DNA of 64,000 nucleotides from NCBI RefSeq assembly GCF_006345805.1, contig NC_043019.1:20583360-20647359 (forward strand). Direction: 5' to 3'. Of the stretch, positions 1 to 14,600 are shown piece by piece; the first letter of the stretch is position 1; the number at the start of each line of letters is the position of its first letter. This DNA comes from Octopus sinensis. Lineage: Eukaryota. A program made the translations under genes and the position numbers. The notes beneath the pieces were generated by a model, which saw only the letters and a program-made list of their open reading frames with translations, ran no database searches and was not told the origin of the DNA.

Positions 1-264
1 TTTTTAGCTTTCAAATGATGCCACCCTGTTGGCTAGGCAAGCAGGACAATATCTCCCCTGATCGGAAGGCTAATCTGTTGTAGGGTTATCCATTTACAGC
101 TGAGTGAACTGGAGCAATGTAAAATGAAGTGTTTTGATCAAGAACACAACATGTTGCTTGGCCCAGAATTTGAACCCATGATCTAGTGATCAGGAGTGCA
201 ACACCCTTAACCATTAGGCCATGTACCTTCACATTTTATATACACACACACACACATCATATCT

Positions 265-791
265 TACCGTAAATCCTCGAGTATAGTCTGCCCTTGAGTA
301 TGATACACAGGGGATTTTTAGGGGGCTGTACTTCTGAAAAACCTAAACCTTGTGTATAATACGCACCTCTTCTCTAACTTGAGTCATGCGTAATTAAGCC
401 AGCAGCACCTAGTCAAACAAATACTTCCGCACATGCGTAATACAATAATGGTGATGTTCTTAACTGTTATATGGGAATGTAAATATGTTTGCAAATTGTT
501 TTTGTTACATGTTATTCTGTGTTCTGAATACTTTTATCTTAATAAATGTTGCTTACTGCAAGTTATGGATGATTCTTTTATGACTTCATTGCTTTCAGGC
601 TTAGCTTAAGGTATTTTCGTGCCTGACATCACAAAATGCATCTGAATAAACATTGCCGGACAGCAAATAGAGACTCGGACATTGCTAAGAAAATATTTTT
701 CATTTTTAACCTCGTATATAGTATGCACTAGGGATTTTGACCTTTAAATTTTGGGGGAAAAAGTGTGGATTATACTCGAGGATTTACAGTA
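265..791. mobile_element. Tc1/pogo-type MITE
   Basis: TIRs CCGTAAATCCTCGAGTATA / TATACTCGAGGATTTACAG flanked by TA at 265-266 and 790-791. Confidence 0.8.
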
Positions 792-891
792 TATCACCTT
801 CTCCTAATTCCTCGGCTCCTCTCTCTCTCATTCAATAACTGACAATATAAAAATGACTCCTACGACTGGAGTCAACTTCCTGAATATTCAC

Positions 892-1036
892 CTGTAGTAG
901 TCGGGTAAAATTATGTGAACTCCTGAGCTAGGTTTACAAATATTTTTGTTTGCTGCATTGGACATCATCCTGACTGAATCTGTGTAGGGTCCTGTTGCAT
1001 TGATGACACAGCGAGCTTTTACTGTCCATTCTTCTC
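892..1036 (-). CDS. GPD2: GPD2 coding exon 7 (145 nt; [22 protein letters not shown]...[10 protein letters not shown])
   Basis: Acceptor atacttcag|GA, donor CAG|gtgaat; within ORF 888..1139. Confidence 0.96.
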
Positions 1037-4000
1037 CTGAAGTATCAAATAACAACAAACAGGAACACAAAAATTTAATATACTTAAAGATGACAATGAC
1101 AGAGTCATGTTTATATATCACTTTATACACACATTTCATGGAGGATATACAATGTGTCCATATGACGGATCATCTGTCACTTAATTTCGACAATATGCAT
1201 TTCTTGTAATTTTGACAATTAACCCTTTAGTATTTAAACCAGCCATATCCGGCCAAAATAGCTAATCTGTTTTATGTTCAAACTGACCAGATCCAGGCTA
1301 TCACACCTACCCTACAATGTTATTCTATATTAAGTAATTACACCATCAAGATCTTGAAGATATGGGATAATGTATAATTAATGTGAATCAATAAGCATTA
1401 TGTTTGATAGAATAATCAGAACACTAAAGGGTTAATGTTCAGATGTTTGACCAATTGAATTATCTGCTCATCAAATTAACAGAAACGTGGCTGAGTATTC
1501 AGCAGACTTGTAGCTTTAACCCTTATGAATTCATTAAAATAACTGTCATTACTGTTGTGCTGGTGTTTGGAACATAAATTAGCAGGAAAATTTTGATGGA
1601 AGAAGGTTTTAACTTATTTCACATTAAAACAAAAATTTATATTGACTGATAGAGTCACACAATAGTCCTTTTGTTACCATATTCCTGTTGAAATCCACAG
1701 CCTTTGTTTCACTTAATTGTTCCTAACCTTCAACTGTTTTCTCAGTCAGATATTCTTTTGTTCCACAAGTCTTTGAAAATACAGAGCTAGAGGATATTTT
1801 CTTGACATAGCATCACCTATTTTGTTTTTGCTTTTGCTCAATGCTTTCATGCAAAGATGCAGAATGTAAACATCCATGTGCACACACACACACACACACA
1901 AGTATATATGTATGGTTGTGTATTAAGGAGCTTACTTCCCAACCACATGGTTTTGGGTTCAGTCCCACTACATGGAGTCTTGGACAAGGTGTCTTCTAAA
2001 GCTCAGCATATACACAAAGAAAGTATGACAATGGCTGCTCATAGGACTAAACAATAACAACATACTGACAAAAACTGTAAAGAGACAGAGTTGGGAAAGA
2101 GAGAGAGAGAAAGGAAGAAGAGAGACAAAGACAATAACCTGTAAGACAGTCTTTTACAACGGCGCCACAGATCTTCTCTTTTCCATGTTCATCTTTTTCC
2201 TTCACTAAACTTTTTGCTTCTACACGGTTGGCCAAAGAGCCTCCCATCCTGATGGCTGTCATGGCCAGTACAATGTTCATCCGGGCGTCTTCATGTTGAC
2301 CTGGAATCAAAGTGAAATATGTGCTTATAATTTCTTGTTTGTTTGTATGTGTGTATGTTACACTTCCAGATGGGAAGGGTCTTCCTATGATGCTGACATG
2401 CAATGTCTGTGCAAGACCCTGCCTCAGTAAAGCTGAACTCAAGAGTCATCTTCGTAGTCATAAAGCGAGACAGATGAGTGACAACCTGGCCACTGGTGGT
2501 GGTGTTGCACACCATACTAATCATATCTGTCAGGCATATGGAAGAGAGTGTAATTTGGCAGGAGGACTTAAATGACATGCAAAGGTACATGAAGCCCAGT
2601 TACAACTACAGCCGGTTATTACCAGTAAAGGTTTTAGTTGCCAATTCTGTACAAGACATTGTAGATCGTTAGCTGGGCTAAAAAGTCACATTCGATCACA
2701 GCACCAGTAACAGTTAAGCTTCATGCAATGGCCATACTCGATAACGAGAGGGAAGCCATCATCATGTTTGCAATCAAAATCAAAGTGAGGTGACACAGAA
2801 GACAATGATTAATAGAAAAGGACATTTAGACATGGAATACCTCTTGTCAACCATGTGATTCAGAGTCAGTGGTTTTGGTGCACATAAATATGGAGGATTA
2901 ATCCAAAAGAATTACTCCTCTGGATGGCTCAGTAATTGTAAATATCACTGAACAAGAAGACATTATGAAGAAGGACATCTTACAACAGGAAAGACAACAA
3001 AGTTCAAGGGAGAGAGAAAAATTAATGACAAAATACATCATCATCATCATCGTTTAACGTCCGCTTTCTGGGAAGCTAGGGAGCTGCACCAGGCCCAGTC
3101 CGATCTGGCAGTGTTTCTACAGCTGGATGCCCTTCCTAACACCAACCATGCCATGAGTGTAGTGGGTGTTTTTTACGTGCCACCGGCACAGATGCCAGAC
3201 GAGGCTGGCAACGGCCACGATCGGTTGGTGGTTTTTACGTGCCACCGGCACGGAGGCCAGTCGAGGTGGCGCTGGCAACGGCCACGTTCGGATGGTTCTT
3301 TTACATGCCACCGGCACTGGTATCACAACTACAATTTCCATTGATTTTTGATCGATTTCAATTTCACTTGCCTCAACAGGTCTTAAGAAAAAAACAATGC
3401 AGGTATATATCCAATCAACATCTACACAGCAAATCTATCTATTTATCCAATCAATAGTAAGGAAGCCTCTACATGATTGTTCAACTTGCTAGAAATAAAT
3501 AACAATCAAATCTCCCTCAAATCATACCCAACTATTATCATAAATATGGAATGGATACAATAGATAACACAGATCCACCATATTCCTAAAAAGACAGGAT
3601 GGTTAGAGATGGAATGCCTGATCATAGGTTTGCTCAATCATTGTTAACTTAGGGTTATATATCAACAACAACAGCCACATCCTATGACTCTCTATGCAGT
3701 CAGTATTTTCAACATCTAGTTGTCTAGTTGCAAAAACAAACAAAAACAAAGATCAGAAACCAAGCTCTCCAACAATTCGATGCGACACCAGTGCAGAATC
3801 ACCTCCCTCCGACAAGTCATCCTAACGAGACGTCTGCGTTGGCTGGGTCATGCCCTCCATCGTCAATCAGGAGAATTCATCTACGAAGCAATTGCCCCAG
3901 CTCCCCTTCAGGGTTGGCGAAAGCGATGTGGTGGACAACGAAAAACCTGGGTGATGACAGTCAAGGCTGATCTGGAACCCAACATAGGCCCCCATATCTA

Positions 4001-4911
4001 CGGTGTTCGCCGCTGGAATAAAGAGTGGTTGGAGATCACGTGGTCGTTAGCCTCAAATCGCCAGGCCTGGTCGGCGTTTGTGAAAGATGCAGCATTGAGG
4101 ATGAATGAAGCCAGCTCTACCCACCCCGGGTGAATGCTGTCAAAAGAAAGAAAGAAAGAAAGAAAGAATGAAACCAAGCTTACCATCATAATAAACAAGG
4201 GCACCAACCAATTCGTCTCTCTTCAACATTGGGAACAATTCCAGAGCCTTCGATTTGGACAGGAAATAGCTGCTTTTCAATTTCTGTTTCCCGGCCACGA
4301 AGTCATACATTTTAATTCCGGCCCAATAATAAGGCACTTGCCACCATCTAAATGACCATATGCCATTAATTAGTGTTTAATTAACATTAAATCAACAACA
4401 ACAACAACAACATTCTATAATAAGCATTTAACCCTTTCGTTACCAACCTGGCTGAAACCGGCTCTGGCTCTGTAGTACAAATGTCTTGTTTTCATAAGTT
4501 TTGAATTAAAATCTTCCACCAAACCTTAGTCACAATTTATGTTCCTAACACTAGCTGAATGATAACTAAGTTATTTTACTAAATTCTTTATTATATTTAA
4601 AATCAATTAAAAGAAACACAGAGCATCTCAAAATAAATACAGTAACGAAAGGGTTAAAAACCACAATATCAACTTTGACAAAATTTCAGGATGTAAACAC
4701 CTCAATTTGTTTCAATAACTTTAACTGAAATACTTTCAACTGTACCAGATGTTGGTTCTTCAAAGAGAGCTTAATTTATGGCTCTGCCACTTCCTCTATC
4801 AATAAATAGATAGATTCTTGGGATTGCCTCCACTGAACCTAATAGAATAATATCAAACCCCCTCTCCAATAGTAAATCTAAATAACAATATATAGTTTTG
4901 TAAAGTGTGTG

Positions 4912-4967
<56 letters not shown>

Positions 4968-5008
4968 GTGTACAGCAACACTCTCAGATCACAAGTGTTT
5001 ACCTTAAA

Positions 5009-5051
<43 letters not shown>

Positions 5052-5219
5052 CTTTACTCTTTTACTTGTTTCAGTCATTTGACTGTGGCCATACTGGAGC
5101 ACGGCCTTTAGTCGAGCAAATCGACCCCAGGGCTTATTCTTTGTAAGCCTAGTACTTATTCTATCTGTCTCTTTTGCCGAACCGCAAAACACACCAGCAT
5201 CGGTTGTTAAGTGATGTTG

Positions 5220-5285
<66 letters not shown>

Positions 5286-5589
5286 CGACGGATTTCCGTC
5301 TACCAAATCTATTCACAAGGCTTTGGTCGGCCTGAGGCTATAATCGAAGACACTTGCCCAAGGTGCCACTCAGCCAGATTGAACCCGGAACCATGTGGTT
5401 TCTAAGCAAGCTACTTACCACATAGCCACTCCTACACCTGTGTGTGTATATATATATATATATATACACACACACATACACTTTACAAAACTATGTAAAA
5501 TAGAACTATCCACATTAAAAAAAGCATTTATAAAAATATGAACACACACATCTCATCTAAAACTAAAGATTTATGTATCTATAAAAAAT

Positions 5590-5620
<31 letters not shown>

Positions 5621-7903
5621 CACAGCCCAATCCATAGTAGCATGGACAACAGACATGAACTGATAGTGATAGTGACTTTATATATATATGTGATCACATA
5701 AAAAAATATATTTACATTTTTATTTCACCCACAAGGAATGTTTGTAATATTTGAAACTATTTCAGATCTTCTGGTTTATGTTACACTGTGCAAAAAAATC
5801 TCTCACACACACACACACACAGAGCTATCAGGCCATAAATATGTTCACTTTACTTAGCACGTGTACTGAGTACTCACTTGAACTAAACTCTTCCAAGTCA
5901 CATATCAGTAACACTGTGTGTGTGGGGGGGGGGGAGTAATTAGGATATATTTCTATAACATTCAGTCAAGTATTATCAAAACTAAATACAAACAACCAAC
6001 TAATATTACACCAACTATAATTAGAGATAAGTTCATCTCGATTTCTGTTTCTAACATTTAATTAAATATTGCTGGTTGATAACATTTTAATATTACGGAG
6101 ATGTACTTGCATAGCAAGTGACCTGATCTGAGATCGTGTGCTGGAACGCTGCAAACATTTTAATATTTATGAGGGAAAATGCGGCAAGCTGGCAAAGTAG
6201 TTTGCACACTGGGTAAAATGCTTAGCAACAGTTTGTGTGTCTTTATATTCTGAATTCAAATTCCACTGAGGTTGACTTTGCCTTTCATCTTTTCGGGATC
6301 AATAAAATAAGTACCAGTCAAGCACTGTAATTAACTTTGCTCCTCATCTGAAACTGCTGGCATTGTGCCAAAATTGCTCTTCATTCCATAGAAGAAAAAA
6401 TTCAAATCGGACCATGTTAACACCAAAAATTATTTACATCAAAAAGGTGCTTTTTACCTATGAAAATCCTTATTTTTTACAATTTTTTGACTGCTGTGTT
6501 GCCATTTTTCGGTGTATTTCAACCAGAAAAAATGTTCACTTAAAGAGAATAACAAGCTACATAATGCAAAATTTTTACTTTACAAAAATTTCAATTCTAA
6601 AGGGTCGAAACATACCTGCATTTTAACACTAGGGATACATATGGAATGGCCCTTAACTCATGATGGGGTACTCTACGGGTACTATTGTGACATACAATAT
6701 GTCTTGGGTATTTTAAAGTAGGTAAAGCCTATCCCTGTCTAGGTTCAAACACAAAGTTTCTTACAAAGAGGAGTGGAAGAGGAAGAAAAGCAAGAAAGAG
6801 AAAAAGAGAAAGGAGAGAAAGATGAAGAAGAAAGACATAGAAAGGTAAAAAGGATGAGTAAGAAAGAAGATGCAACCCTAGGATATGACTGGTACTTTGT
6901 CAACTCTGAAGAGATAAAAAGGCAACAGTGACTTGGGTGGGGATTGAACTTAAAGAGCCAGATTACTAGAATTTATAGCACAAGGCTTGACAGACTAACA
7001 ACTGCCAATTTACCTGATGATACAGTTTTGAATTCTCATTACATGAGAACAACATAACTGGTGGAGCATCTTACAGACCAAACAGCATTCATCATTTCAT
7101 GTCCATTTTTCATGCTGGGTTGGATAACAGGAGTTGGCAAACCAGAGGACTACACCAAACTCTACTGTCTGTTTTGGCATAGTTTTCGTGGTTGGATACC
7201 CTTTTTAACGTGAACTACTTTACAGAGTGGACTAGGTGCTTTTCCCATGGCACCAGTACCAGCAAGGTCTGCTTTGGCATGGCTTTTACAGCTGGATGCC
7301 CTCCTTAGACAACTTAATATTTGGTTACATCGTTTTACACCTACATTTTGGGTTCAAATCTCACCCAAGTATACTTTAACTTTTGTCTTTCCAAGATGAA
7401 AAAAAAAAATAAGTAGTTGGGGTAGAGTTTGGAAAGAAGTGTGGGAGGATTCAAATATATCCAAGAATTTGATGACTAATAGTTCAATGGCCAGAGAGAA
7501 AACAGTGAAAGAAAGAATAAAATGCAAAAAGAAGAAAAGAGAAAAACACAAGAACGAAGGGAAAGAAGGAAAGGATGGAAGGATGGAAGGAAGGAATGAA
7601 TGAAAAAGAATACTCCCAAAGAAGATATTTTGCAAGAGAGAAGTGGTCAAACTTTTTTGTTTGCTTTGAAGGAAATTAGAGAAAGGTCACAGGGAGAAGT
7701 GCATGTTAAAAAATGGTCAGAACTTACCTATACAGTGGCAACATAATGGGGAAAGCATAAGCTAAGTGCGGTGCTATTTGTATCAAGTTTGACCTCTCAA
7801 TTAAAGCTTCCTTAACCATTTTATACTGAAAATAAAAACAGACTATCACAAAATATCCTGGACAGCAAGATCAGTAAACACAACAACAAGAACAACAGCA
7901 TCA

Positions 7904-7938
<35 letters not shown>

Positions 7939-8141
7939 CTGGGCCTAGGTGATGTAACTCTAGATATGATGTTAAATGATATAATGAATGTGTAGTAGAA
8001 ACTTGCTTCCCAACCACATGGTTCCAGGTTCAGTCCCACTGCATGGCACCTTGGGCAAATGTCTTCTACTACCGCCTTGGGCCGACCAGAACCATGACCT
8101 TGCAAGTGGATTTAGCAGACAGAAACAGAAAGAAGCCCACC

Positions 8142-8173
<32 letters not shown>

Positions 8174-11100
8174 GAGATATATATATATGAATGTATATGA
8201 ATGTGTGTCTGTGTGTCCATGTCCCACGACCACTTGGCAACTGGTCTTGGCTTGTTGTTACTCTTCTAATTTAGCGGTGTGCCAAAGAGACTAACAGAAT
8301 AATTATCAGGCTTTAAAAAAATAGGTACTGGGATTAATTCAACTAAAAGTTCTTCAAGGTCGTGTCCCAGCATGGCCACAGTCTAATGGTTGAAACTGAT
8401 AAAAGATATATAGGGCATCCAGCTGTAGAAACTCTGCCAGATCAGATTGGAGTCTGGTGCAGCCATCTGGTTTGCCAGACCTGTCAAATCGTCCAACCCA
8501 TGCTAGCATGGAAAGCAGATGTTGAACGATGATGATGATGATGATGATATATATACATAGCCTTAGAAGGGGACTTTTTGGGTAGGAAAAAAAAAAAAAC
8601 TGAAGAGATGGTGGTGTGGATTTCCACCTCAGCATCCGAAACTCAGAGTTTTATCTTGGCTACCGAATAATTGTCACATATTATATTTACAGATAAATTC
8701 CTCTATTTATATAATATTGAGGTCTCTTTCTTTCTTTTGTTATCTTAGCGTTTTTACCAATATATATATACACACACACACCACACACATATACATATGT
8801 CGTCTGATCAATAAGTATTTGCACTGTTGCCATAGTAACGAAACTAAAGCATGCAGAATGAAGCTGCTTGGCACAGATTGACCTTGAACTCTGCTGTGTT
8901 TGCACACTAAGTTTTAACATTCTAGCTCACTTCTGTTGTTTACAGCAATGCTTGGTAGGAAAGTGTGTAGCGTGTGATCATTGCATTGATCATGGCAGAG
9001 AAAGTTGGGCAGAGAATCTGCATCAAATTTTGCCAAAATCTTGGCGATACCTGCTCAGAGGCAAAGTTTTCAAAAAGTTTTCATCATCCTCAACACAATC
9101 AAAGAGATGATGATGTGCAACTGAAGCCCGAGTGTCCTTTTGGTCAGCTGAGTTTTGGCACAAACTTGGCAGACACGCATCTCATACTGTTGTGTCGATG
9201 CCCCCAGACGATGAAGTAGGCTAGACCAATACATAGACATAGAGGGAGAAGTCTAGACGTCGAGAAGTTGATAGAGGTCATCCAAACGTGCGATATAACA
9301 GTGGCGACGAGGATTTCGTAGCTTTGTAAGTGGATTTGGTAGATGGAAACTGAAAGAAGCCTGTTGTATGTGTGTATGTGTCTAAGTCCATGACTGCTTT
9401 TGGCTACAATGAACCAGAGAGGTTATGATCATTTTTAATATAATCATCATCATTTAATGCCTATGTTCCATGCTGGCATGGGTCAGACAGTTTGACAGGA
9501 TCTGATGGGTCCAAGGTCTGGTATTATGCTCCAATGTCTGCTTTGGTATGGTTTCTATGGCTGGATGCCCTTCTTAATGCTTTATAGCAGGTACTCAGTG
9601 CTTTTTTTTTTGTGCCATGAGCACTAACCAAAATAGAAATTTACCTGTTCGTAATCTAAATTAAATACAGCCTTCTGTAGATATCGTACACCGCCATGAA
9701 TCAATTTTGTGCTTCGGCTACTGGTCCCAGATGCAAAGTCAAACTTTTCAATCATTGCAGTCTTCAAACCTGAAAGTAGAGAGAAGCCCTAAGATGAATA
9801 ACATTCAGATTCAAAAGCCATTAAGTAGTTGGTGTGTGTGACCCCCTTCGGTCAGACACTGACCATGGGCTTGCACCTAGAGAGTTACCCTCCCAGGCAC
9901 AAGTCTGGGCAAGGTTGTTTTATGGAAGACCAACAGTCGCCCATGCATACCGGCCTCCCCTCTCCACGTCACCAGTGTTATCCAAGGGAAAGGCAAAGGG
10001 GCCGATACAGCTTGGCACCAGTGACGTCGCAACTCATTTCTACAGCTGAGTTAACTGGAGCAACGTGAAATAAAGTGCTTTGCTCAAGAACAAAACACGC
10101 AGCCCGGTCCGGGATTCGAGCTCACAACCTCACGATCGTAAGCTCGATGCTCTAACCACTGAGCCACGCACTTTCACTAAATAAATAATTGGTAATTTGT
10201 TAATTATTAGCCTAATTGTTAGGGCACTGCACTCACAATCACAGGTTTGGTTCCTGGACCAGGCGGTGCATTGTGTTCTTGAGCAAGACTTTTCATTTCA
10301 TGTTGCACTGCAATCAGTTCAACATCTGACGTGTGCACCTATACAGGCAATGTTGACTTGAAGTGGTGGTGGTGGAGATGGTGGTGGTGGTGGGCTAATG
10401 CACAGCACAAACATCTGATTACTGCAAACTAGTGGTTCTCAACCATGTTTTTTTTTTTATCTATGGAGCCTTTTGATAACTATTTGATGTTTAAAAACTA
10501 GATTTAAACATCCTTCTTTCAAAATTCCTATTTTGTTTTCCGTTGCCTTAACTTGTGTAGGTTGAACTACGTAAAATGTTGGAGAAAGAAACACACCTGT
10601 TTCTGGCAATAATCCATCATCATCGAAATCGAAATAGGAAGCTACAAAATCCACCTACAACTGGAACTGAACTCAGCACCGTATGATTGAACAGTAAACT
10701 TAACCTGCACCATTTATCTGTCCTGGCCCGTGATATCAAACTGCATCAGGTCGTAAAGTTTCAGCTCGGAAATTCAGGAATTTAGAGGGTGGTGTGGTGG
10801 TGGAGGGGAAGTAGGAAGTAATGGCGAGGCAAGTGGTAATCGAAAGAGAGAGATAGAGAGAGACAGACAGAGTGATGGCCGAGAGAGAGAGAGACACACA
10901 TAGCGAGACAGAGAGGAGGGGGTCACGACCGGCACCGCGAACTAGCAAATATGGAGGAGTGCATCTCCAGGGAACGTATTCTTTTGTTGTAGGTATTAAG
11001 AGACATAATTAAGAGAGAGAGAGACGGATAGAGTGCGACACGCGGGAGGGATAATTTAGGATTGAGTGGCTTAGTTAATTTAACGAGACAGCAAATGCTG

Positions 11101-11613
11101 ATAATCGTAAATAGAATTGAAGAATCTGAGAGCCAGTCTAAGACAAAATTAGAGACGAATGACTGTGTGATAAACTTTCATAAATGAATGAGGGAATATG
11201 TTGCGGGTTCAAGGACTCTTCGTATACTAAAGTGGGCTCCCAATTTACTATTTTGGTTGCATGGACTCCCAAAAATCTCATATGGACACCAGGAGTCACA
11301 TGGACTCTTGTTGAGAACCACAACTATAAACGAATCAGCTGTGCAGGTTATTCAGCAATGACTCAGGCCTATTATTATTATTGTTGTTGCTGTTGCATAA
11401 CTTCAGGTCAGTCATGTTCTGGCAAACTTATGATCAAAGACGTTCCAGCCATGTCCATCCAACTTTTAGGACCACATTATAATCTAATGTCTTTGCTTCT
11501 TGTTGTTGCCCCAGGTCAGCCTTAATCTATGATCAAAAGCATTACATTCGACAGAGTAATCTGAATACTTCACACAATGTCAGGATGAGAAGACACAAAA
11601 GCATACTCATAAA

Positions 11614-11673
<60 letters not shown>

Positions 11674-14600
11674 CATACATACCTACACATACACATGTGT
11701 GGAGGCGCAATGGCCCAGTGGTTAGGGCAGTGGACTCGCGGCTGTAGGATCGCGGTTTCGATTCCCAGACTGGACGTTGTGAGTGTTTATTGAGCGAAAA
11801 TACCTAAAAGCTCCATGAGGCTCCTGCAGGGGATGGTGGCGATCCCTTCTGTACTCTTTCGCCACAACTTTCTCACTCTTTCTTCTGTTGGCCTGTTCGC
11901 TTAGCCAGCGGGGTGGCATCATTTGAAGGCTAAAACACTGCGAAGCGCATTGTGACCAGTGATGTGTAGCAACATCTGATAGCCTGGTCGGTCACGGTGA
12001 TCACGGTGATATACATACCTACACATAAACATGCATACATAGATACATATATATGCCTACACACACACAATATGTTTCTTTCAGTCTCTATCTACCAAGT
12101 CCACTCACAAAGCTTTGGTTGGCCCAAGACTATAGTAAAAGATACTTGTCCAAGGTGCCACACACACACACAGTGGGATTGAACCCAAAACCATGTTGGG
12201 AAGCAAACGTCTTAACCACACAACCAAACAGCTGGGAACTCACCTCGGCTCACTGAATCGAGAGCCACACCAGTTCCTGTAGCTCCTCCACCAATGACCA
12301 AAACATCAAACTCGTCATTTTTTAGCGATGCTAAGATATCTTTCCGAAGAGGCAGAGTGTTGGACAGTGTATGTACTGGTTCAGCAGCAGACAACGTGGA
12401 CACAGCCTGGAAATAAACAAATAAACAAACAAAAAAAAAGTAAACAGAAAATTTATTTTTAACTGTGCACAAGGTACTCCCCACACCCATTTCTGTGTTG
12501 GTACCACGATGGAAAGCCCCACCCCATCTGGAGTGATTGGTGAGTGAGACAACTTCATTAGTGTTTGTACCATGAGGAAATACATCCAATACACACTGTA
12601 AAGGGGTTGGCAAATGAGAAGAAAAAGCGTAGTGGTATGAGGTCCCTTTAATTCTGTTTTGTTTAGGCAGGGCTGGATTTAAACCATGGAGAACCTGAAC
12701 TTCAAGTTCGGTGGGCATCATTATCATCATCATCGTCATTTAACGTCCGCTTTCCATGCTAGCATGGGTTGGACGATTTGACTGAGGGCTGGTGAACCAG
12801 ATGGCTGCACCAGGCTTCAATCTTGATCTGGCAGAGTTTCTACAGCTGGATGCCCTTCCTAATGCCAACCACTCCGAGAGTGTAGTAGGTGCTTTTATGT
12901 GCCAGTCAGGCAGTACTGGCAACGACCTCGCTCAAATCATTTACACATGCCACTGACACAGGTGCCAGTAAGGCAATGCTAGTAACGGTCACGCTCAGAT
13001 GGTGTCTTTTACGTGCCACCAGCATGGAGGCCAGATAGCCACTCTGGCAGCGATCACGCTCGGATGGTGCTCTTAAACACCCTACTAGCATGGGGCTCGA
13101 GTGCCAGTAAGGCAACGCTGGTAACGATCACACTCGAATGGTACCTTTTATGTGCCACTGGTACAGAAGCCGGTTGGCCGCTCTGTCAATGATCACACTA
13201 GTATGGTGCTCTTTGCACCCTGCTAGCACAGACGCCAGTCATCAAATTTAAGAATTAAAGTCTTAGAAAATTACCAAATTTAAATCTCAAAACCCATCTA
13301 TTTCAAATAATTGAATTTGGTGAGTTAGCAGAGGGTTTAAATAAATAACTGGAAATGCCATTTTGTAGTTACACTTGTGCAAAATTCAAATTTCCCTTTT
13401 CACACATCCACTTGTGATGTTTGACCTTTCCTTCATTGTGAAAAGTACAATAGAGGGAAGAGTGGGGTAAGGTTTTTTTTTTTCCTTTTAATGTGAGTTA
13501 CATAAGTTTCAGAATGTAGAATAAAATAAAATGACAGAAAATTACGAAAAAGAAAAAAAATCATTTTTGTGGTTGTTGCTGTTCCAAAGACATGATGAAT
13601 GTGTGTGTGTGTGTGTGTGTGCAGTTTCCAGTAAGGGTAGGTGGGGCACAATGAGTAATATTTACTTTGAAGAAAATATCTTTTTTTATAAGTATCCACT
13701 ACCTTGCCAAAACTATATCAGCGAAGTAAAGACCTTTCCTAAATGCAGTTAAACCAATAACATATTCAGAACACTATTTCAGAAAATTATCACTGTACTC
13801 TTCGAGCATGTAAAAGACAAATAATTGAGGCGGGGCAAAATGGGTAAAACAAGATAAAATAAATGTCTTTTCATTTCTTTGGGATTCAATTTGTAAAAAG
13901 AGTCATATACATAAACATCCATCCTTAGACATCAGAAAGATCAGAAATGTAGTTAAATTTTAAATATCTTGGTCAAATGAAAGAGGATTATGGAAAAATA
14001 GCACATGATATGAAATTAATCAAACTCTATAAATCCGGCCCTGTATTTAGGACTTCTCAATCTCCCTACTGTTGGTGCCATGAGATAATGCACCCACCCG
14101 TTCCCTCTATAAAGTGGTTGGCAATATGAAGTTCATTCAGCAGTAGAAACCAAAGCTAAATGACACACACAAGCACTGTCAATGGGTGCAGTTGTTTCCC
14201 GTGAGAAATAACTCGTACCATGATCACCCACTCTGTGTCAGCATAGAAAGTGGAAGTGATGATGATGATCATGATGATTTTTTTTTTTTGACAGATTCAA
14301 TCTGAATGAAGAATCTATGTACATGGCCTTCACAAAACCTCTAAAACTGGAAATATTGATAGGGTTACTTCCTTTTTATTACGTTTTTATTAACATTCTA
14401 CATTATTATTAACATATCTACAAAGTAAGAAAACAGCACAGCTCCCATGACTTCAGGAAACATTTTTTCACGCTGAGAGTTGCTGAAGCATGGAACAAAC
14501 TGCCGGCATCAGTTGTTAAGTTGTCGGAGCACTGCATCCTTCAAAACTTCCATGCTTCCTGAGATTCGCCAACACTACACTTGATTTTCTCCCCTCCATG

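Noticed and set aside
9255-9300. Hammerhead-like TTGATAGA-GG(TCAT)CC-AAACGT
   Set aside because: Core has an insertion and lacks G12, and there is no convincing stem I; too degenerate to call.
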